Source: a virus. From it: a stretch of 64,000 bases of DNA. Location: the IMG/VR virus record IMGVR_UViG_3300050498_000493. One strand, written 5' to 3'. The notes under the pieces were generated by a model, which had not been told where the DNA came from, searched no databases, and saw only the letters and a program-made list of their open reading frames with translations. The first letter of the stretch is position 1. Each line of letters opens with the position of its first letter. The position numbers and the translations under genes are program-made. Shown in pieces: positions 1 through 9,168 of this stretch.

Positions 1-618
1 GCCGGGCCGTGCGACGCATCTACTGCTCCTCGACGCCCACCTGTAACGCCTGGCGCTCGTTCGGCGTGAGCATCTCATACAAGAAGCGTAGGCGATCCTC
101 CGGCGTGACCTGACGCCAAGAGCGATGGAGGGAGTCGAGCGGAGTTGGGCTCTCCGGCGCTACGGGGGCCTCGTGGGGGACCTCCTGGGCGCGGCACCTC
201 TCACAGCGGTTGCCTGGCGTACCAAAGAAAATACCGCCGCACTCGTAGCAGCGGACGCGGGGGAGGACCTGCGCCGGCACAAACGCCTGCGGGGTCCGGG
301 TGGTGTGGGCATCATGCCGGCGTGTGGCCATTGTGTCCCCTTTCTTTCGCTAATTGCGGCGGAGCCATACGGTCAGCCGGGCCTGGGCGCCGTGCCAGAG
401 TCCCTCCTGGGCGCGGCCGTGCACGAGGCGCTGGGCGCGGTCTTTGTGGTCCTCTCGGTGGCGCCAGGCGCGCAGGAGCCGCAGCGTCTCTGCTTTGGCT
501 TGGCACGTCTGTCCCGGCATCGTGAGATACGGGGCGGCCCAGGGCTGGGTCACGACCTGCAGGGCCGTGCCGTCCTGGCGTTCGCGCGCGTGGATGAGCG
601 TGCGGAGGGCATCGTGGG

Positions 619-1029
619 TCATGGCTGTTTCCTCGTGAGCAGGTGCTCGATCAGGGGCCATTGGTCGGGGCGGTAGACGGCAACGTGCGTCCCGCTGGTC
701 TGGCTCAAAAACTCCTGCCAGCGTTGTTGCTCTAGGGTCAGCTTTCCGTCTTTGCTCTTTAATTCCCACAAATAGAGCGGGTGGCCCGGCTTCGCTATCG
801 TGCAGTCCACATACCCTACATCACTTTTTCTGGACGAATAGGTATGGTAGAATAAAAACCCATTCGCCAGCGCACACTGTCGCACCCGACCCAACAGCAC
901 GCCCTCGGGCGTCTCAGGGTCCATGGCGCGTGCCGGCGCGGGCAGAGTCAGGGCCGGGTCGAGCGCCAGGCCGTGGTGCTGGGCGTGGGCAATGGCGTCG
1001 GCTTCGGTCCACCGATCAGGCGGGCGCAT
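619..1029 (-). CDS. VRR-NUC / PD-(D/E)XK nuclease
   Basis: YHTYSSRKSDVGYVDC...LWELKSKDGKLTLEQQRW...VYRPDQW motif pattern. Confidence 0.8.
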   Translation of the reverse strand: MRPPDRWTEADAIAHAQHHGLALDPALTLPAPARAMDPETPEGVLLGRVRQCALANGFLFYHTYSSRKSDVGYVDCTIAKPGHPLYLWELKSKDGKLTLEQQRWQEFLSQTSGTHVAVYRPDQWPLIEHLLTRKQP

Positions 1030-1310
1030 GGGTTACTCCTCACAGGAGGCTCCTTGAGCGTAGAGCAAGCGGGGACAATACGCTGGAATCCTACGACGCT
1101 CGGGCGCGTGAGACAACCCTAAAAAGCAGGGCCATCCTGCCTTGGTGCAGCGGCTGCCGGACGAGGCGGTCGTCCGGCTCTGGCGCTTCGTCTGCTGGGG
1201 GGTCAGCCATCGGTCGTAACCTGCACCGACGGGGATCGCCTGCGGGCTACCCTCGCAGGGCTCTCCTGCGAACCGAGATCACCAGGCCGTACGTAGGGTG
1301 CGCTATCGGT

Positions 1311-1643
1311 TCATCGTTCCTCCTTTCTCTTGAATCTATCTTCATCTACCAACCGGACCAGCCCAAGTCGTATGGCGAGTTGTCCTAAGGTAAACGATGA
1401 CTTGTGCCGCGCCCAGAAGCCCGCACAGATGGCCCGCGTACTGTGGTGACATATGCGAAAGCCCTCAAAGAAACCCAGCATGCGGGGATCGCGGATCTGG
1501 GCTTCGAGGGCGTCCACGTCGAGCGGGGACTTTGGCCGGTAAATACACGTTGTGCATTGTTTGCGCTGGACGAGCAGGCCATCCTCGTCGCCGTCGGGCT
1601 TAGCGGCGGGGGTCGTGTTCCTTCGCATGGCGTACCTCCTCAT
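1311..1643 (-). CDS. Hypothetical Cys/His metal-binding phage protein
   Basis: QCTTCIYR...ICHH...ICAGF; GAGGAGG RBS before internal ATG. Confidence 0.55.
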   Translation of the reverse strand: MRRYAMRRNTTPAAKPDGDEDGLLVQRKQCTTCIYRPKSPLDVDALEAQIRDPRMLGFFEGFRICHHSTRAICAGFWARHKSSFTLGQLAIRLGLVRLVDEDRFKRKEER

Positions 1644-1918
1644 CTAGGTGTTGACAGGCCGCCCGCTGCTGGTGGGCCGCCAGGGCTTTGCGGTGCGCGC
1701 TGGCGACACTGGTGGCTCGCACTTCGTGCACACACCAGCACCAGGGCAGGTCTCCGGGCTGCCGCCGCCGCAGCGTGGCATGCCCGTTTGGGAGCCAGGG
1801 GGCAAGCGTCACGTCAATCCGGTAACGCCGGCGGGGGGTCGCCATAGCTTCCTCTCCTTTCTGGGGTCTAGGGTTCACCTGGCCCGGTAGGGGTTCATCG
1901 CCGAAACATCGCTTCCCG

Positions 1919-2260
1919 CTAGGGGGCTTCGTGCCCCCGGTGGTCGTGATGGGTGACGGCGAGAGGTGGCAGTCCTCTCGCCGGTGTTTCTGCGGTGCTC
2001 TCGTGCCCAGTGCCTAGTGAGTTGCGACACCGTTTGCAGGTGATCCGGTGGGCGCCTCTCTCCTCAACTCTCGCCCCCCAGCAGCTTTCTTCAGGATCAA
2101 CCGCGAGGAGGTTGACGCCACAGAGCGCCTTGTAGGTATCACCTGCAACACGATTGCAGGCGTGCCATTTGCGGTTACGGTTGAGGATGGGGTCAATGGT
2201 GAGGCTTGCACGGGCGTCGAGCCCCTTCATGCCCGTATGGGTATAGCGTTGTGCGTCCAT
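1919..2260 (-). CDS. Small early hypothetical protein (CxxC)
   Basis: ATG at 2260 after AAGGAGA RBS; ALCG...ITCKRC. Confidence 0.5.
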   Translation of the reverse strand: MDAQRYTHTGMKGLDARASLTIDPILNRNRKWHACNRVAGDTYKALCGVNLLAVDPEESCWGARVEERGAHRITCKRCRNSLGTGHESTAETPARGLPPLAVTHHDHRGHEAP

Positions 2261-2309
2261 CGCTCTCTCTCCTTGGTGTGTGGGGGCGGCGTGCCCCCGG
2301 TGGTGGTTG

Positions 2310-2942
2310 CTAGCGGCCCTTGCAATGTTTGCCGTCGGCATAGTGGCTATACCACACGCCCTTGGTGTTCTCGTGCCGTTGCATGAGTGTCCCATGTATG
2401 GGGCAGGCGCGCGTCTCCGGCTCGCCCTCCGTGCGGGCGGGCGGCGTGGCCGCCGGGTAGCGCGCCAGGACGCGCTCTAGCCGCATCAGGACCTCGTCTT
2501 CTGCCACGCCGCGGAGGGTGAGCTGTACCTCGCGCCCGGCGATCGTCAGGCGGACATTCACGCTGGTCGGCGCCTCGGGTAAGGCCGCGGGGGCTTCTGG
2601 CGCACCCGGCGCCGCCAACTCCTCTAGGGTGCGCTTGTAGAGCAGGGCCGCAAACCAGTGCTTACACCGCGCCTGGGGGGCCCCAAACTGCGCATCCTTG
2701 CAGGGGCAGGCGCTATTCACTAGATACGTGTGCGCCGCCTCGCCCTCCTGGGAGCAGACGCTGAAGTGGGTGCCGTCGTCCTCCGGGAAGACGCCGCCCG
2801 CCACGACAATCGCGTGGCCCATTTCGAGCCGGCCGTGCTGCTCCTGCGGGAGCTTGGCATGGGCAATGGCCGTGAGTTGGGTGAGCATCGCGGCGAATGT
2901 GGTAGGCTTGTCGCCGCCGGGAAAGGGTGTTACGGTTCGCAT
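2310..2942 (-). CDS. SWIM zinc-finger protein
   Basis: CPCKD...RCKHWFA SWIM motif; C-terminal CPIH...WYSH...C; AAGGAA RBS before ATG 2942. Confidence 0.7.
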   Translation of the reverse strand: MRTVTPFPGGDKPTTFAAMLTQLTAIAHAKLPQEQHGRLEMGHAIVVAGGVFPEDDGTHFSVCSQEGEAAHTYLVNSACPCKDAQFGAPQARCKHWFAALLYKRTLEELAAPGAPEAPAALPEAPTSVNVRLTIAGREVQLTLRGVAEDEVLMRLERVLARYPAATPPARTEGEPETRACPIHGTLMQRHENTKGVWYSHYADGKHCKGR

Positions 2943-3019
2943 CGGCGTTTCCTTTCTGGGGAAGGGTACGGGCAAGCGACCGTCTGGTGTTCGCCCACCT
3001 GGCGGTCGCGCGTGGGCTC

Positions 3020-3442
3020 TCAGTAGCGCTGTCGGGCGTCCTCCGCTTCGGTGGGGCGCATGCCGAGATCCTGCGCCGTCATGCGCGTGAGGCACCCACG
3101 TTCCATCTCCTGTTGGAGTGTGGTCGGAGACAGACGTGGGAAGTCGTAGACGAGGCGGATGATCGCCTCAGCGCCGGCCTGGGTCTGTGCATCGGTGCCG
3201 AGTCTTACCTGGAGGCGCCTGGAGAGGTCGAGGGCGCTGAGGAGGCTCATGCCGCCATCACGGGCGCGGGCGAAGGTGAGGGTATAGACCCCGCGTATCT
3301 GGCAGAGTTGCTCCGTCGGCGTGAGATACGTCACCTGCGGTGCGGCGCCGGCAGGGCGCGGCGTCTTTGGACCGGCCAGGGTACTCCCGGCGAGAAGCAG
3401 CGTACTCAGGGTCAGGGCGAGGGTGGTCGTGGTGCGGATCAT
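3020..3442 (-). CDS. Hypothetical secreted protein
   Basis: N-terminal MIRTTTTLALTLSTLLLAGSTLA signal-like peptide; AAGGAGA RBS. Confidence 0.55.
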   Translation of the reverse strand: MIRTTTTLALTLSTLLLAGSTLAGPKTPRPAGAAPQVTYLTPTEQLCQIRGVYTLTFARARDGGMSLLSALDLSRRLQVRLGTDAQTQAGAEAIIRLVYDFPRLSPTTLQQEMERGCLTRMTAQDLGMRPTEAEDARQRY

Positions 3443-3492
3443 AGGGTCTCCTTGTGGTGCTGGGCTGTGGAAAGCAGCCCTGGTGGTTGTGG

Positions 3493-3756
3493 TTACTCTC
3501 GTGTCCAGTACGCTTCGCAGGCGTCGTAGGTTGCTTGCTCTTGGGCGATAGCGTCAGCCACGCCCTTGGGTATCAGGTACGGCAGCAGCTGCCTGGCTGC
3601 GGTGACGTTGTGGCGCAGCGTGTCGGCGTCGGGTGGGTACGTGCCGTCGCTGTCGTGGGCGAGAATGTCCAAGTAGACCAGTACGTCCGCCAGGTTGCGG
3701 CTAGCGTCCTGCAGGGCCTGTTTGATGTCGAGGAGCGGATACGATTGCCTAGGCAT
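3493..3756 (-). CDS. Small early hypothetical protein
   Basis: ORF bounded by repeat spacers, AAGGAGA RBS. Confidence 0.6.
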   Translation of the reverse strand: MPRQSYPLLDIKQALQDASRNLADVLVYLDILAHDSDGTYPPDADTLRHNVTAARQLLPYLIPKGVADAIAQEQATYDACEAYWTRE

Positions 3757-3837
3757 ACGGTCTCCTTGTGGTGGGGGCGGCGTGCCCGCCCCGGATGATC
3801 TACGCCGCCAGGATGGCGGCTTCGCGTTTCCGTGTCT

Positions 3838-4068
3838 CTAAGAGGTGCGTAAGCCTTCCAAGAGACTCCGTTCGTCGGTGGTCAGTGGGCGAGGAAACAG
3901 CAAGGCGCGTTCGAGCACGTCTAACGCGGCATTGGTCCGCACATCGAGGACCTGACCGCGGTCGTTGGTCATCGCACGTTTGCAGCGGTCATAGGCGTCG
4001 TAGAGGGCACGGCCCTGGGTGCCGGCGAGCGCCGTGTCAATGAGGGTGTCTACAGGGTGTTGATCCAT
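3838..4068 (-). CDS. Small early hypothetical protein, possibly frameshifted near its 3' end (true end may be 3800)
   Basis: GGAGA RBS; alternative frame continues LLETRKREAAILAA* up to the next spacer. Confidence 0.5.
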   Translation of the reverse strand: MDQHPVDTLIDTALAGTQGRALYDAYDRCKRAMTNDRGQVLDVRTNAALDVLERALLFPRPLTTDERSLLEGLRTS

Positions 4069-4117
4069 GGTCTCGTCTCCGTGTGGCGTGGCGGGGGTCG
4101 CAGCCCCCGGTGGTGGT

Positions 4118-4399
4118 CTATGCTGCCCAAATCGCGGCTTCGCGGCGCCGGGCATCGAGGATCGTCAAGTCCGTCCCGGCCTCCAGATCGGCTAGCCGGG
4201 CCTCATTCACTACATCTACTCTCCCAAAAAGCATCAGCGCCGGGGCATCGGCGTCCGTGAGGCGCTGCACGTGGTCGTCGTCGCTCACGAAGTACACCTC
4301 GCCGCGGTGGTTCCGAAGCGCCGTGCCGTAGGTGCCCTGAAACGTCGCGTGATAGGCGATGCGCTTGTGCGCGGTGGGGGTCTGTGGTACTGTCTGCAT
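4118..4399 (-). CDS. Small early hypothetical protein
   Basis: AAGGAGA RBS; ends RRREAAIWAA*. Confidence 0.6.
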   Translation of the reverse strand: MQTVPQTPTAHKRIAYHATFQGTYGTALRNHRGEVYFVSDDDHVQRLTDADAPALMLFGRVDVVNEARLADLEAGTDLTILDARRREAAIWAA

Positions 4400-4527
4400 G
4401 AGCTTCTCTCCTTCCGTTGGGGGTGGCTCTCTCATGGGGGGGCGTCCGGCTTGAGCGTGGCAGCTGGCCGGGCGTCTTCACCTCCGTGCGTTGTCGATAC
4501 TGCGATCTCGCCTGTGTCGTTGCCTGC

Positions 4528-4740
4528 CTATCCCTGGGTGTAGAAAAGAATGCTGTTGAGCATGGCGCTGATCTCGTCGATATACTCGGCATGGCTATAG
4601 CTGAGGTTTGCTGGATAGTGCGCCACGGTCGCGGCATGCTCGTCTAAATGGGTGGTGAGTGCTGTCAGCAGGGAACGGGCATGGGCCTGGGCGTCGCTAT
4701 AGGCCACCTGTTTGGGCTTCATATCTGGGAGTGATTGCAT
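4528..4740 (-). CDS. Small early hypothetical protein
   Basis: AAGGAG RBS in repeat spacer. Confidence 0.55.
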   Translation of the reverse strand: MQSLPDMKPKQVAYSDAQAHARSLLTALTTHLDEHAATVAHYPANLSYSHAEYIDEISAMLNSILFYTQG

Positions 4741-4791
4741 CGTTGTTGCTCCTTGGTGATGATGGGCGGCGCGTGCCGCCCGTGGCTGGTG

Positions 4792-4974
4792 TTAGGCGGC
4801 GTTGTACGGATAGTCAATCACGATCTGTGCCCAGCGTGTGGCGGCGGCGTACGTGTCGGTCGTCCAGGCTACAGTAGCGCGGTCGTCGACATACGCCGTC
4901 ACCGTATACTGCGTCGGACTCTCTTCAACGATGGTGGCGCTTTGCTCGTAGTTGACCAGTATCGTGTGGGTCAT
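4792..4974 (-). CDS. Small early hypothetical protein (first gene of leftward operon)
   Basis: AAGGAGA RBS, ATG 4974. Confidence 0.55.
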   Translation of the reverse strand: MTHTILVNYEQSATIVEESPTQYTVTAYVDDRATVAWTTDTYAAATRWAQIVIDYPYNAA

Positions 4975-5250
4975 GGTGTCTCTCCTTGGTGTCATCTGAG
5001 GTTTATGCTGCCTGTGAACAGCTACGCGGGATGCGTAGGCTCATTACACCGTTTGTCTCTCGTCGCCAGGGTCGTCGCGTTCGATGCTCTCCTGGTGGGG
5101 CGTTTGTCTTCAGTCGGCTTCGCGGGGAGTGTACCGCTTCGCGCCCTGCCGCTGTCGTTCCCTCCCCGGTTTCTAAAGTGCCGGCACTCACGAGGTACTT
5201 GACTCTGTCGCGCCCATCGCGTTGTCAATCAACCAACCATCTTGCTAGAG

Positions 5251-5279
5251 AGTATACAGACTCCATAATGGAGAGTCAA
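5251..5279 (-). promoter_or_regulatory. Sigma70-type promoter for leftward early operon, with palindromic operator in the spacer
   Basis: TTGACT-N17-TATACT on minus strand; spacer holds CTCCAT-T-ATGGAG palindrome. Confidence 0.8.
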
Positions 5280-5285
5280 GTGGTC

Positions 5286-5483
5286 CTAGGAAGATTTTTT
5301 CATCTTTCGTTGTCCAAGCACAGAACGTACAAGTTTTTCAAAGCGTTGCGTGATCTTCTCACGCCCGGTTTCGAGGCGGTAGATATAGTTGGCACCATAG
5401 CCAAGCAGTTCGCCCATGGCGCGCTGAGTGAGCGCGTGCGCTTGTCGAAGGCTTTTTAATTCCTGGGCAGTCATCGCTGACAC
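5286..5483 (-). CDS. XRE-family helix-turn-helix regulator (Cro/repressor-like)
   Basis: ELKSLRQAHALTQRAMGELLGYGANYIYRLETG. Confidence 0.85.
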   Translation of the reverse strand: MSAMTAQELKSLRQAHALTQRAMGELLGYGANYIYRLETGREKITQRFEKLVRSVLGQRKMKKSS

Positions 5484-5511
5484 TCCTCTCCAATATGTTT
5501 AGCCTATGTCG

Positions 5512-5540
5512 AGTATACATTTTGGAGTGCTTCTCTGCAA
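5512..5540 (-). promoter_or_regulatory. Sigma70-type promoter for the XRE gene
   Basis: TTGCAG-N17-TATACT; spacer contains CTCCAAAATG, resembling the operator half-site. Confidence 0.6.
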
Positions 5541-5822
5541 GGAAAGATTGCGGTGGCCGTTCCCCCCACTTTCCCCTTGACATCCCCCCGCCGTCTCTTA
5601 CACACTAGTAAGGCGTATTTGATTCTGTTCTGTACATCGGCGTTGACGTTTCGTCTCGCGTTCGGATTGGGCGCCACAGTGGCGGGCAGGCCTCAACCGC
5701 CTTCCTGACTCGCGCAAGTCGAGTACGCCCATCTCACCCCTCATCCCTACTCTCTCTTTCTCTCCTTGAGCGGAGCGGAGAGGCGTGGTGGCGTCGTCAC
5801 GTCCCTGGAAGGAATTGAAACC

Positions 5823-6161
5823 ATGGCCGAGCAGTCCCCGTGTCCGCACAGCAATATTGAAGCCCAGGTGCAGGCACGCCCGACCGCCACGCTTCCCCAG
5901 GGCCAGCGCTATCAGGTCCTCGTGCGCCTCCGCTGTGCTGCGTGTACCACGCCACTCACCTTTGAGTTGCCCCCCGGCTTTGTGGGCGATACCATGCACG
6001 CCGCGACCATGTCCAGCGATGCCTTTGAGGCACGCCTCGGCGCCACCCTGAAGACGGCCGTGCCGACGCAGGACGTGGGCCCCTGGCTCGCGGTGACGGT
6101 CCTGCCCCAGGACACGACGCCCGCGCCTACGACCCCGCTGCCGGTCCCGGCTCCGGTGTAG
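5823..6161 (+). CDS. Hypothetical protein (CPH...CxxC)
   Basis: AAGGAA RBS, ATG 5823; first gene of rightward region. Confidence 0.5.
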   Translation: MAEQSPCPHSNIEAQVQARPTATLPQGQRYQVLVRLRCAACTTPLTFELPPGFVGDTMHAATMSSDAFEARLGATLKTAVPTQDVGPWLAVTVLPQDTTPAPTTPLPVPAPV

Positions 6162-6165
6162 TGGC

Positions 6166-6702
6166 ATGGCGCCCCCGCTCACGCAGCTCTCGCCCGAGCA
6201 GCTCACGCTCGTCGCCATTGCCGAGCTCAAGCCGCATCCCCGCAACGACGGCAGCCATCCCCCGGCCGAACTCGATCACCTCAAAGCCTCGATTACCCAG
6301 CACGGCATTTACCGCAACGTCGTCCTCGCGCAGGACGGGACCCTGCTCGCCGGGCATGGCGTGGTCGAAGCCGCCCGGGCGTTGGGCCAGACGCATGTGC
6401 CCGGCTACCGCCTGCCGTATGCGCCCGATGACCCAGCGGCGTTGGCGCTACTCGTGGGGGACAACCACATTGCGCGGCTGCGCGAGCAAGACGACCGTCT
6501 GCTGGCGGCGCTGCTGCAGGACCTCGCAACCGACGATCCGCTCGCGCTGCTCGGGACGGGGTATGATGCAGACTCGCTGGCGGCGTTGGTACAGCAGGGT
6601 CAGGTCCCGGACTTTCAGCCCGTGGGGATTGACGAGCAAGGACGTCTCGATGAGAAGCAGCCACTGGAGTGCCCCGCGTGTGGGCATACGTGGGTACCAT
6701 GA
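6166..6702 (+). CDS. ParB/Srx N-terminal domain protein with C-terminal CPxCG ribbon
   Basis: LKPHPRN...SITQHG...LLAGHG...GDN; ECPACGHTW. Confidence 0.85.
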   Translation: MAPPLTQLSPEQLTLVAIAELKPHPRNDGSHPPAELDHLKASITQHGIYRNVVLAQDGTLLAGHGVVEAARALGQTHVPGYRLPYAPDDPAALALLVGDNHIARLREQDDRLLAALLQDLATDDPLALLGTGYDADSLAALVQQGQVPDFQPVGIDEQGRLDEKQPLECPACGHTWVP

Positions 6703-7409
6703 GCGACAAGCCCGTCCTCAAGCTGGACTGGTGTAGTTATGCCGCCGCCAAGTATGCGGTCGAGCATTGGCACTATAGTCAGAGTCTCCCGCCTTTCCCG
6801 CTGGTCACTATTGGCGTGTGGGAAAATGCTCGTTTTGTTGGCGCGGTGGTGTTTGGCCGAGGGGTGAACAAGAATCTCTGTAAAGCATATCAACGTGCTA
6901 TGACCGAAATTTGTGAATTGACCCGTGTCGCTTTGACGACGCATGCCTCGGCCACGAGTAAAATTATCCGTATTGCCGTGCGGTTGTTAGCACGTGCCAA
7001 TCCCGGTTTGCGGCTTATCGTGTCGTATGCTGACCCGAACCATGGGCATCATGGCGGTATCTATCAAGCATTAGGCTGGATTTTCGATGGGCAGACTCAG
7101 GCAGATTTTGTGGCGATTGACCGGGCTGGGCGCCGCTGGCATTCCCGTCAAGTAAGTGCGTCCGGCCATAAACGGAAATTTGGGAAGGTGTGTCGTGTGC
7201 CAAAGGTGAGTGAGTGTCGTGTCGTGTCCCTCTCTGGGAAGTATCGCTATCTCTGCCCGCTCGATGCGGCCGTGCGTGCCCAGATCGCCTCGCGTGCGCA
7301 ACCGTATCCCAAACGCGCCACAAGCATCGTAGCTGATGCGGCTCCCGTCCAGGGAGAAGAGGGCGGTGCGACTCCGACCGTGGCGCTTTCCGGCGCAGAG
7401 GTGTCATAA
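6699..7409 (+). CDS. mom: Mom-like adenine-modifying GNAT enzyme
   Basis: HWHYS...ELTRVAL...IVSYADPNHGHHGGIYQALGW...KYRY; ATGA overlap with ParB gene. Confidence 0.8.
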   Translation: MSDKPVLKLDWCSYAAAKYAVEHWHYSQSLPPFPLVTIGVWENARFVGAVVFGRGVNKNLCKAYQRAMTEICELTRVALTTHASATSKIIRIAVRLLARANPGLRLIVSYADPNHGHHGGIYQALGWIFDGQTQADFVAIDRAGRRWHSRQVSASGHKRKFGKVCRVPKVSECRVVSLSGKYRYLCPLDAAVRAQIASRAQPYPKRATSIVADAAPVQGEEGGATPTVALSGAEVS

Positions 7410-7429
7410 ATCTTTGGAATATTTGTAGC

Positions 7430-7849
7430 ATGGCGAATAAGCATCGTTACTCAGCGACCGAGGTGGCGCAAGCGCTCATCGACACCAAGGGCATGGTCTA
7501 TATTGCGGCGCAACGGCTGGGGTGTACCGTGGAGACGATTCGCCTGTACTGCAAGCGCTATCCGTCCGTCCAGGCTGCTCGTGACGCCCAGCGGGGGATC
7601 ATGGTCGATACCGCCGAGCTGAAACTGTGGCAGTCCATCCAGAACGGCGAGCCCTGGGGCATTGCCTTTGCCCTGAAGACCATCGGCAAGGATCGCGGCT
7701 ATGTCGAGCGCCACGAACAGACCGGCGAGAACGGCCAGGGCATGGTGTTGCGCGTCGTCTATGAGAATCCGCCTGAGCCACTCCCAGAGCCGCCGCGAGC
7801 CTTGCCGCCACCTCTCATTGATGGTCTCCAGAATGGATATCCCTCGTGA
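7430..7849 (+). CDS. terS: Terminase small subunit (HTH)
   Basis: N-terminal HTH (AAQRLGCTVETI); AIAFALKT-like/GKDRGYVER; directly upstream of TerL. Confidence 0.75.
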   Translation: MANKHRYSATEVAQALIDTKGMVYIAAQRLGCTVETIRLYCKRYPSVQAARDAQRGIMVDTAELKLWQSIQNGEPWGIAFALKTIGKDRGYVERHEQTGENGQGMVLRVVYENPPEPLPEPPRALPPPLIDGLQNGYPS

Positions 7850-9168
7850 GTACGCGTGACGTGGCTCCTGCAAGGGCTCTTGCGCCGCGCGAATGCGTGA
7901 TCAAACTCAAGCGGCCCCATGCGCAGCAACTGCAGTTCTTGCGCCATCCAGCGCCGCGCAAACTCATCCGCGCCGGGAGACGATCGGGCAAAACGACGGG
8001 GATCGCCATTTTGGCCGTCGAGCAGTTTCTCTTAGGCAAGCGCGTCCTGTATGCTGTCCCGACCGCTGATCAACTCATGAAGTTCTGGTTTGAAATCAGC
8101 CAGGCGCTGGCGGAGCCGATTGATGCGGGCATGTACAAAAAAAATGAGACGTTGCATACGATTGAACGCCCGGGCACGGAACAACGGATTCGTGCAAAAA
8201 CGGCCTGGAACAGCGATACGTTACGCGGGGACTTCTGTGACCTGTTGATTATCGATGAATTTCAACTCTGCTCCGAAGACGCCTTCTCCTTGGTGGGGTT
8301 GCCCATGTTGCTCGATCGGAACGGGCGCTGTGTGCTGATCTACACGCCCCCGTCGTTGCGCGCGGCGGGAGCGACGAAGGCGCAGGACCCCCGTCACGCG
8401 GCCAAACTGTTTAAGGCGGCGGCGGCCGATACCAGTGGCCGGTGGATGACGTTCCATTTCAGTTCGCATGCCAACCCGTTCATTTCGACCCAGGCGTTGA
8501 CGGATATCACCATGGATATGTCCAGCCTCGCCTATCGTCAGGAGATTGAAGCCGAAGACATTGACGAGGTGCCAGGCGCCTTGTGGACGCAGGCGCTGCT
8601 CGACCAGACGCGGATCACGAGCAATCAACTCCCGGCGCTGACGCGCGTGGCGATCGCCCTCGATCCTGCGGGTACCTCGCAAGAGACGAGTGACGAGATG
8701 GGCATTGTCGCCGGGGGACGGGATGCGCAGGGCCATGGCTATACGCTCCGCGATGCTTCCCGACGCGGGACGCCGGCGGCCTGTGCACGCCAGGCGATTC
8801 TGCTCTACGATCAACTTGAAGCCGATGTGCTCATTGGGGAAGCCAACAATGGTGGCGAGTGGATCGGCACGGTTATTGCCTTTGTGGCGCAAGAGATGTA
8901 CCGTCAAGGGGCACGGCCCACGGCGTCCGTCAACTACAAGATGGTGCATGCGAGCCGCAGTAAACAGACGCGGGCGGAGCCGGTGAGCACTGAGTATGAA
9001 CACGGGAGGATTTCGCACGTGGGCGTCTTTCCCGCGCTGGAAGAGGAAATGTGCTCGTGGGTCCCAGGCATGCCGTCGCCCTCTCGCATGGACGCGGCGG
9101 TCTGGTGTTTTACCGAGTTACTGCTCAATCAGCCTAAGCCCCTGCGGCTGATGGAGATGCATATATGA
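7846..9168 (+). CDS. terL: Terminase large subunit
   Basis: Walker A AGRRSGKT, Walker B LIIDE, nuclease IALDPA...D...DAAVW. Confidence 0.95.
   Translation: MSTRDVAPARALAPRECVIKLKRPHAQQLQFLRHPAPRKLIRAGRRSGKTTGIAILAVEQFLLGKRVLYAVPTADQLMKFWFEISQALAEPIDAGMYKKNETLHTIERPGTEQRIRAKTAWNSDTLRGDFCDLLIIDEFQLCSEDAFSLVGLPMLLDRNGRCVLIYTPPSLRAAGATKAQDPRHAAKLFKAAAADTSGRWMTFHFSSHANPFISTQALTDITMDMSSLAYRQEIEAEDIDEVPGALWTQALLDQTRITSNQLPALTRVAIALDPAGTSQETSDEMGIVAGGRDAQGHGYTLRDASRRGTPAACARQAILLYDQLEADVLIGEANNGGEWIGTVIAFVAQEMYRQGARPTASVNYKMVHASRSKQTRAEPVSTEYEHGRISHVGVFPALEEEMCSWVPGMPSPSRMDAAVWCFTELLLNQPKPLRLMEMHI

Larger units (their letters stand above)
2261..4791 (-). repeat. Recurring ~45-50 nt intergenic spacers (2261-2309, 3443-3492, 3757-3799, 4069-4117, 4741-4791)
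   Basis: Each reads stop - C/A-rich (ACCACC) - GC hairpin (e.g. GGGGGCACGCCGCCCCC) - C/A-rich - (AA)GGAG - ATG. Confidence 0.75.

Noticed and set aside
5095..5185. Hammerhead ribozyme (minus-strand CTGAAGA and GAAA)
   Set aside because: Stems I and II cannot form next to the core
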